This document shows, one piece after another, positions 53,391 to 64,000 of a stretch of DNA of 64,000 nt; the stretch's first letter is position 1; every line of letters starts with the position of its first letter. Source of the DNA: Chrysomallon squamiferum. Lineage: Eukaryota > Animalia > Mollusca. Made by a program: the position numbers and the translations under genes. The notes beneath the pieces were generated by a model. It did not search any database, was not told the origin of the DNA, and saw nothing but the letters and a program-made list of their open reading frames with translations. The stretch lies in contig CM022667.1 in assembly GCA_012295275.1 (NCBI GenBank), forward strand, positions 7,688,001-7,752,000. The letters run 5' to 3'.

Positions 53391-54148
53391 TAAATATTTA
53401 AAATGAACACAGACATAAAACTTTCCATTGTTAGATAACTGTGGCTGCGCTGGTTAGAACGGGAAATAACTACGTCACTGGTTATTTTATGTTAGAGGTA
53501 TACTCTTCTCCATACAGACCTCTATGTACGAGTAGAATCCTGTGAATACAAGCGATGTCGAAGTCGTACAGTTAAAATAAAACAGAGAAAGCCAGATAGA
53601 ATACTGATACTGTAACATTGCTGTTTGTGAGAAGTCAGCGGCTGATTTCACTGGTTTTGTTGTAAACAGGCAGAGAGAGCTAAGTCATGTGAAAGTTTGT
53701 ACAAGGAAATATTATATTAGGAACAACACTAACAACAACAACAACAATAATAATAACAAAAACAATAATAAAAAATATAATAACAGCAATAAATAAATAA
53801 ATAAATAAATAAATAAACTCATTCATGCAACTACAACAATTGTATTAATAATACTAAAAATGACGGTGATTAAAATAAATAAATAAATAAATATTAATAA
53901 TAATAATAATAATAATAAGAAGAAGAAGAAGAAGAAGAAGGTAAATAACTATAAAAATGAAGATAAAGTCAGTAAGTAATAAAAACAGTTTCTCAGACGG
54001 TTAAGTGAGTTTGTAAAAATAGTTTATTGATTTCTGTATAATATTGTCACTAATGGAACATTTATCACAAAATCACTTTTAGTTATTTTTGTTATTTTCC
54101 TAAAGGCGGCCATTTCCTGATGAATGCGTTTTTCTGTCTTGTGTTACA

Positions 54149-54233
54149 TGAACTAAATGTGTATTTGAACTAAATGTGTATTTGAACTAAATGTGTATTT
54201 GAACTAAATTTGTATTTGAACTAAATTTGTATT
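54149..54233. repeat. 17-bp tandem repeat (TGAACTAAATGTGTATT) x5
   Basis: Directly visible. Confidence 0.9.
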
Positions 54234-54587
54234 TTTGTTTTCATATCGGTTTTCTCGGCCACTTCATTGTCTGAAATATTTCACAGTAGTCTGATGACAG
54301 AGAGAAGAATTATACAGGTAGATTTTAGTTTTATTTAAAATGTACCTACATACAAACACTGAAATAATGTAGTTAGTAGATAGAAACACAGATGAACAGA
54401 TTTCTGTTTATAAATAAATGTAAAAATAGATAATATATATATATATATATATACACATCATGAAGGTTGAGACGAATATGAAATTAAATAACATAGACTG
54501 TTATGTCTATAATCTTTTTTCTTTCTTCTTTTATTTTTCATTTTCTTTGGTTTCTTTTTGTTTTCTCTCTGTCTCTCTCTTCTATCT

Positions 54588-54646
<59 letters not shown>

Positions 54647-55786
54647 TACTTGGATGTTACACTTCTAATATAAATGTTTATAATTAACGTCACTTTAAGT
54701 AATATTATACTAATACACGCACAAACCGACACGCAGAAACACGGAGACGTGCAGAAACACGCAAACACACAAACATTAAAAGATTTATATTCCGTCATCA
54801 ATAGCTGCCAGCAGAAATATAATCCCTCATAAAAGAAGACAAAGAAAAATCCATGAAAAACCTTTTTGTTTATTAGTGCGCATTGTACATTTAGAAAGTC
54901 GCGCATGGATACACAATAAATAGTGCAGCTAACAACAAAAGGATGCTAATCATTCGTTTATTTCCGGTGGAATGAAGCGGAGCGGACGTGAGGATATTTT
55001 ACATCGACGTAATCAAACAACACACATCTACTTCGCCATTAATAAATCAATGATTGTTAAGTCAGTTTTCATTACGGTACTTATACGCAGCCACGTCGCG
55101 TGGCTTTCCGACGTTGCGTAAAAGATCGATCTGTGACGTAAATTAAAATCATACTCGTTCAGTAATTTTCCTGTTGGTGTAAACAAAATTTCCGATTCGA
55201 GAGAGAGCATCCGGGCGGGAAACTACGTATCTGGGATGCAAATGAGTTCTTTAGATTGGAAAAAAGAGCTATTTCCGGTAACGAAACTGTTATATCTCCA
55301 AAGCAGGAGAGCTTCTTCCGCTGTTTTTCCAGTTTCAGCAGCTTGCGTCCTCGCAAACAAACAAAACAGCGGAGATATACATGGAAAAACGGAAACATTT
55401 CAAACTGAATTTGTTTGTGCAAAAAAATAAAAAATAAAAAAATAAATAAATAAATAATAGATTTACGAAATACATGTTGATTTTTTTGCCAGATAAAGTT
55501 TGAGTATCGCAATATTTTCCTTTCTTCCGTTTCACAAAATTAAAAGACATATTAATTTTATTTAGTTTTGTACTAATAAATTTTCAACAATTCATCCCAT
55601 TTCTTAATCATCATTTTGCATCTTTATTAATAAAGTTTTTAAATTTCTAGTCAAATATTATGAAATGATTGTCAAATTTTTCTGAAATAATAATAATAAT
55701 AAAATTTTATATATTTATATAAAATATAAAGTATTTACATCAAATCGTTGTTCATTATTAAGAACACACACACAGAGACATACACA

Positions 55787-55842
<56 letters not shown>

Positions 55843-56640
55843 CACATAATGTTATAATTTTAGTATCAGATTATGTTAACAAATGCTGAAAAGAAGCATT
55901 GACAACTACGGCATCTTGAGATTTAACGTGCAGCACGAGACATGCACGAGCCACCTGCTAGAGATATAACTCACGTGACCTCGTGCAATCAGCGAAACTG
56001 TGGTAACAGATTTTTTTGTATCAAATTATCAGATTACCAGGTTTGCCGTTACTGTGACATCTGTAAACACGAGAAACATTTCGAGAGTTTAAACGAGAGA
56101 CAGATGTACCTACAGTCAGAAGTCGACAAGGTTTTACAACACAGGCGAGTGTGAACAGAAAATTACCTTCTTAAATTCTCTCTGATATCACCAGGCAATA
56201 TGTCTTTGGAACAAAGAACCAAGTCACGCATTAAAAACAAAATTAAAAAAGAAAGAAAGAAAGAGAACTGGGGGAAAAAAAGAAGATTCGTGCATAATTA
56301 GAGAAAGTATTTTTTACGTGATATAATATTTGTTATCTTACACTTCCATCAACAACACACAACTGTGCGCTCTTCGCATGTTAAAAAGTGGTTTAGAAGC
56401 GTAACATTAAGAAGAGATAAAGTGCAGTTCACGTGCAGACGACCCATTACCAGCGAGGAAAACTGTCACCACAGACCGCTTAATTAACGCGACTTTGTTT
56501 TAACTGCATCTGGTCGAGTTCGAGGCTGCACGTGTGACATATGTCCGAGTGTTTAGTTCTGTTAAACAACGCGAACGTTTTCATCAGATACACGTCTGTT
56601 CAAAAACACGAGACTAGTCTGAGATCTGATTTGAGAAATA

Positions 56641-56731
<91 letters not shown>

Positions 56732-56939
56732 CTTTTCTTTAATAACTGTTACAATTTAAACGAAGTGACATAAGATATAGATACTCATTCTCATTTTTTC
56801 TCTACGTTATAAGAAATATATTTTAAATTGTATTTAAAAAGCTTTGTGTATGTTGATGAAATAATTAGTAAAAAAATGAATTCATTTGTTAAGCCTTGTT
56901 TGAACAAATTTATTCTTTTGCTTGAAACTTTTTAGACTT

Positions 56940-57025
<86 letters not shown>

Positions 57026-57659
57026 AAAACCAAAGTGGCACGACATTTTTATGTTTATGGCTTTCCACTTCTTGACTGTGATCAATGTGATTTCTCGTTC
57101 TTTGATAGATATTGATCCCTCTCCTTTCCTCGCGTCTTTTTTTTTTTTTTTTTTTTACTTTATTTATTTTCAGCTTTGATTATTCTTCTGAAACATAACG
57201 TGAAAGTTCAAAATAATTAGCCATGAATAATTGTTCAGAAATCCAGTCATTACTTTGACGTTGTCGACGTTATGCTGTCAGAAGTGAACAAAGCCATCGT
57301 TCGCATGACTGAAGATGATGACCACGTATTGGCTGGTGTCGGATAAAATATGAAATGTATTTTAGTCTTTGTGCTGCCTACAATGAATAAATAAAAAAAT
57401 ATATTGACTTGTCGTTTAGCTGTTTGCAATTTAATTATCTCCGTACAATTACAAATACACCTGACAGCGTGAAACTTGTGAAAAAAAACCCAGGTATAAT
57501 TCTATATATTTTTATGTGTTTTGTGTGTCTTGTTTTTTCCTGGACATCCAGACAGACAGATAGAATGACAGAAAGACAGACAGAATGATAGACAGCTGGA
57601 TATACATACATACATACATACATAATTAGATATATATATATATTGGAGAGAGAGAGAGA

Positions 57660-57702
<43 letters not shown>

Positions 57703-59432
57703 GTAAGTAGGTAAATAGACAAAGACATTGTGTATGTTTAAATAAATTAAATACAAATAATCGTGTATAAATTATAATACTTTAATTGTAAATTGTTAGA
57801 AAAAAGAAAAAGAAAATCTCGACAATACTAATAATAGATTAAAATAATTAAATAAATAAGTGGATTAATAAATTAATATAAAAACCAACAGACTAACAGA
57901 AAAACGAAACAAGCAACAAACAAACAACAAATAAACAAATAATAAACTATCTAATGAATTAAATTAAAACAATCATTAAATTAAGATGAACGAAATAACT
58001 CCAAGATCAAATAAAACAGCATATTATAATATAATAAAATATATTACAAGTTTTGCAATACAACAGAAAGTTAGTTCAAATCAATACAAATCGAATTAAA
58101 ATAAAATTAATATCAGAATAAAATATTTAATATAATAATAATAATAAAGACCAGTTCTTAACAAGAAAAAAAAAAAGCAAAGTATTGATAATAAACAAAA
58201 ATTAAAATAGTTTAAAACGTTTAAATAAAATAAAATGCCAGATTAAAATGAAATAAAATAAAATAAAACGAAGTACACAACCAAAATAAAATATAGTAAA
58301 ATAAAATAAAACAAAATGTAATAAGATAAAATAAAACGAAACAGAACAAAACGAAATAAAACGAAACAGATAATGACGTCACTACTGGCAGTGATACACC
58401 GGTTTTACTTTGTTTCTAATCAATTTTCTCTGTTTACCGCGAACCCTTCACTTTAAGTGCCAATCAGACCCAGCCTGACTTTGTAAGCTCGACAGTGACG
58501 TCATACAGTTGAACCTAGTCAGTTGAACCTACTCGTTCCTACAGCTACAGTGAACGGTTCACTTACTCGCAGCAGCTCGCGCACACAAACAACGAGGCGC
58601 GAGAAGATGAAAAATTGTCAATATTTTCCTTTTCGTCGCTCCATGATCCATTAATCCACTCGAGTCAGTTTTCTGCAATGAATGGTCCCTAGAAGAGTCG
58701 CTTCCTCCAGTGAAGTCCATCTGAGAGAGAACACACAAGTCGTGTTTAATAAAAAAATCAGCTGAATCGCGCCAGCCAAGTTTAAATATTATTTATTCTT
58801 AATAGTCCGGATATATTGATTTCTGTGAATGCATTGTCAAAGTATTTTTTAACAATACTTAGTTTCTTTGTTGTCTGCAGAAAGTACTTCCTTCCAGGAA
58901 GCAAGCTTCAAGACAAACACAAAGTAGCTGATGACGAAATTGTGACACAAAAAAACTCAGATGCAGGACGAAACATTTCTCGTCTCCGAGATTTTCTGAC
59001 ATTTTTTTTTTCTGTTGTTTTTTGTTTTTGTGCTTTTTTTTTATTTTTTTTTTTTTTCTTTAATGAAAATGTCTTTAACACTAACCCACTGAAGACTAAA
59101 CAGTATTTATTAAAAGACAAAAACTACTTCCGCTCTGCTGAAAATGTTAGATGACGCGTGCAACTAAATCAATAGGATATTCCTCCACCAGATCTATTCT
59201 TTTCTTCTGTCTTTCCATGACACTGTTTTTGTTTTTTATATAAAGCAAAATATTACCAAGATTTATGACTATTTTTTGTTCGAGAAAATCTGCTTACTTA
59301 TTCAATTACTAACTTACTGACTTACTACCAGGAGAGAGTGAACGTTCAAATTAATCGTTAGAACGCGCGTGTTTCAGTTTTACATTTTCTGATTATTTCG
59401 CCATACGTCTGCAAAGCTAGATTTACTCTGAT

Positions 59433-59665
<233 letters not shown>

Positions 59666-61145
59666 CTTCCACTAACTCACAAAAGCTCTCACCTAACACG
59701 ACACCTAACTCCGCTAGCCATTCACAATGTCTAAACATTCTAATTGATTTTGACAACATTTATTTATCTGTTTTATTTCATTACCACTAACTCTCGATCG
59801 CCTCTTTTGTTACAGCGATCTTTTCATGTTCTGTTTGTTTGGTCAGGAAAAGCAACAACAACAACAGAAATTACTTATGATTGATATACGCCGGTAAACT
59901 GAAGCGGTTTTCGTCGCGGACTCGGAAGCTGCGATTGCGGAAAACACGGGGAAACATTTCCCCAGTCTCAGCGCCACGAGCCGCGTCTTCCTCCAGTCTT
60001 TCCTCGCGGGGAAGGAAGCGTTTCCAGCACGGAACCATCTTTTGGATTATGATTCAAATCTTTCAGTTATAGACTTCTTCTTTTTCTCTTCTTTTTTTTC
60101 TCTCTTTCCATTTCATATTCATCCGCCAGCGGGCGTGACAACAGCGAAACGAGGAAAGTGTCAGATATTTTGAAAGATAATATCCCTGCACTCGCTGGAG
60201 ACCGGAAGTGCTCGGGAGCCACTCGCCGGTGCAGGAAGCGCTGACAAAAAGAACTCTGGATTCCCAGCAATCGACAAAGTGCGCGGGAAATGAGAAGAGA
60301 TGCATTAAGTAAAAGTCCTGATACAGTTTTTGTTCTCGCTTCAGATCGATCGTCGTAACCATGACGACGATTCCGTGAACGGAACAAATTTAAGTGCTCC
60401 TGGCGTAAAAGGCCTATTAGAGGAAAATAAGTTATTTTAACAAATAAAGATATCTTGATCTTTGCAAAGCCGGGCTAGCGTTATTACAGAGCGATGTCGG
60501 ACACTCTTCCGTTTTCCTTCCAGAAAATATTAAAACTTTCCACTTGGAGACGGCGAACCGATAGCTGATTAATGGCGTTTTCTAGAACAGGAAAAGCATA
60601 CAATGGTTCGTTATTACGGCACTTCCAAGCACCCCGTCGAGGCAAATCGCTTTTCGACAGCAAATTACTTCGTGATCGCGTTAACAATTTCTCTATATTG
60701 GAATTTGACGAGGAGTGTCTTTTCGCTTCACGTGGTAGGCAGCCATTGATTTGGCTCCGTGGCTAAATGTCTGACGAATGGCGGAGCAAGTCACGCGACT
60801 TCTCGCGGTTTTATTGAAATTGCGAGATTAAAGACTGAAAATGCTCCACTGGACGCTAAGAACCCTGGCCCACGTAATTAAATACTTCATACAATTCCAG
60901 TTAGTTAGAATTAGCGAGGTCGCGGGTTGCAGCACGCTCGCATGGGCTGGTGGATTAAACCAGTGTTTAATATATTTTCTATTAGTTGTTTATTCACAGA
61001 CGCGAAGTTGACACTACGCAGTAGAATAACGTACAGAAATGGTTCAAGTACTCTGACATGGGCATGTCTTTGTTATATTTTCTGTTCATTTATAATACTG
61101 CTACTACTACTACTAATAATAAAAGTAATAGTAATAGTAGTAGTA

Positions 61146-61188
<43 letters not shown>

Positions 61189-61383
61189 TGAAGATGATGA
61201 TGTTTAGAATAACATTAACAATAACAACAATAATAATAAAAACACCAACTACAACAAAAATAACAACAACAATAATAATAACAATAACAATTTCAATAAA
61301 ATAAAACGAAATTTAGTAAAATGAAAATAAAACGAAAAATAGAACGCAAGGAATATTAGTATAAGAAGGAGAGAAAAAAAATC

Positions 61384-61470
<87 letters not shown>

Positions 61471-61914
61471 AATTATTAAAATATAAATGAAATAAAATAA
61501 AATAAAACAAACTGAAATAAACCAAACCAAACCAAACGAAACAAAAACAAAAACAAAAACAAAATGAAACTAAATAAAATAAAATAAAATAAAATAAAAT
61601 AAAAAATAAAATAAAATAAAACAAAATAAAATAAAATAAAATAAAATAAAACAAAATAAAATGAAATGAAATGAAATGAAATAAAATAAAATAAAATAAA
61701 TATAAAATATTTCAATAGGTGACAGTGAAGACTGTGTTTGTGTTATCGCCTGGGGCACTCGCTGTGCTGTCAGTTATGTCAGTGTTATGTCTGTCTCTTT
61801 ATACACTTAATTTAACTAGGAAATATTGGATTTTCAACAATCACAAAAAGTAATTTTCACTCTCTCGCTTATTTGTTATTGTTGTTGCATTTTTAATTTC
61901 TTCTTCTCCTTCTA

Positions 61915-62033
<119 letters not shown>

Positions 62034-62353
62034 GTTGTTGTTGTTGTTGTTGTTTTTGTTCTTATTGTTTTCTTAATTTGCTATTATTATTATCGCCTTT
62101 GTTGTCGTTTTTATTATAATGAATAGTAATAATATTATTACTATTATCGTTATCATTATTATTATTATTATTAACATTATTATTGTTGTTGTTGTTGTTA
62201 TTGTTATTATTAATATCGTTCTCATTATTTTATTCTATTTCTGTTATGATTGGAGCCTTCTTTCTTTATTTTTATTTTATTTTTTTCTGTTATTATTATA
62301 ATTACCGTTATCATTTACTATTAGTATTATTGTTGTTGTTGTTGGTGGGGGTG

Positions 62354-62388
<35 letters not shown>

Positions 62389-62837
62389 TACTATGACAAC
62401 AACAAAACTGCTAATTCGACTAACTACTACTACTACTACTAAGACGGCGACGACTATTTCTGTAAAATTAAAAAATGTGTTTGTGTTTACGCACTCGTTT
62501 TTTAATTTCCAAACATTATGATGTTTTTAAAACAAATACTGTTTTATTAAACATTTCATAACTGTCCGTTTGTTTCCCTTTTTTCTGTTTTTATTAATCT
62601 CCTAAATATTTCTTTTCACTTACGTTTCGTTTTTTCTTTCTTTCTTCCCCTGTTTTGTTTAATAATTGTTACAACTATTAAAAGTGAATATTTTATAGCG
62701 ATAACTGTATTTATTTTTTAAATATTTATGTGTAAATGCTTTGTTTAAAATAATAAAGAGACATTCATGATGAAATTAATAAAATAAATCCAATATTAAA
62801 ATCTTTATCAAAATAAACAACAATAAGAAGAAGAATT

Positions 62838-62898
<61 letters not shown>

Positions 62899-62906
62899 TG
62901 ATGATG

Positions 62907-62956
<50 letters not shown>

Positions 62957-62960
62957 GATG

Positions 62961-63006
<46 letters not shown>

Positions 63007-63658
63007 TAATGATAATAATAATAATAATAACAATAAATAACAAATATTTCTTAAAGATAAAAGATAATACATTTTTTTTAAAAATCAAACAATAAAGCGG
63101 GAGAAGTATTATAATTATAAATCTTTCTCACTGTGGTTAGTATTGTGTTTTATAAGTCCAAAGTTAATGAAAAGAGTTTTAATTTAGTTTTTAGTTAACG
63201 CTGAAATTTGGTCTGCTGTGCACGCGACTCGGATAATAACATTTACTAGAACGAGCGGGAAATTGACAAAAACCTTTTAACCAACACACTTCCCCCCTTA
63301 CACACGTGATCTAGAATTTCTCAAGTTCATTAGCTGGAACAATCTCGGATTCCCGCCCTCTGCGCCGCCATTGTTTAAACAACAGAATATTTCTATTTTA
63401 TATCGTCACTGCCTACAAAAAAGCGTGTGGTAAGAAAAGAAACAAAAGACTTTCTATTAATGTACTTGACTTCGATGTCGTCTGCTCGAAAGTGACGTGA
63501 AAAGACATCGTCTGGGAAGGGGGGAGCGAGCTCGTGCGGCACGTCTGCTGGGTATGAGACAAACATGGGGGCAGGGATGGAATTTCTAGAAGGCTTGTCA
63601 TCGTTGTATTTACATGATGCGGTCATTAAACAATTCTTGTTCATAGGAAACTGTACTG

Positions 63659-63737
<79 letters not shown>

Positions 63738-64000
63738 ATTGATTTAAGAGAAAATTTTATGTTTTTTTTTTTTTTTTTTTTTTTTTTTAAGTATTTCTTT
63801 AGTTTTATTTTGTGTGAGCGTGTGACTGTATAATTTAATTTTTAAAACTGATTTTGTTTTTCATTTTATTCTGTTAAAATTTATTTCGTTTTGTTTTATT
63901 ATTTTATAAACAGATATTTTATTCGAAACATAAAATGAAAGCTTTGTAACCCCTAGCATAATTTAAAAAAGATAAACTGTTATTACTGTAGTAGTAGTTG

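Noticed and set aside
58380-58393. CACTACTGGCAGTG resembling the core of the 45-bp minisatellite
   Set aside because: Only 14 nt match, with an indel and no flanking similarity; this may be chance.
63393-63644. Minus-strand ORFs with protein-like text (MFVSYPADVPHELAPPFPDDVF...)
   Set aside because: There is no recognisable homology, no convincing splice pair and no partner exons.

Overview
This is AT-rich, microsatellite-dense animal DNA with spliceosomal introns. It is probably an invertebrate such as a mollusc (inference from repeat style and retained CpG). The main gene is an ERG/FLI1-subfamily ETS transcription factor on the + strand with 8 coding exons (ATG 11899 to TAA 33102, about 523 aa if repaired), carrying a PNT/SAM domain, an ETS domain and an SHLGSYY tail. 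The ETS exon has a net -1 frameshift in a G-run at 32711-32718, most likely a sequencing error. Head-to-head with it, about 10 kb upstream on the - strand, I reconstruct a small gene the ORF track does not show as such: a CCAAT/TATA/Inr promoter, an ATG-only first exon, a signal-peptide exon and a Cys-rich exon, encoding a putative secreted cysteine-rich peptide. ERG introns contain candidate internal promoters and alternative first exons, one of which would give a PNT-less isoform. The locus also has repeated perfect ETS sites, several minisatellites and a ~3 kb inverted-repeat-bounded, satellite-carrying element. From 33 to 64 kb I found no convincing coding sequence, only CpG-containing islands between microsatellites. 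Almost all ORFs in the supplied track are microsatellite artefacts.
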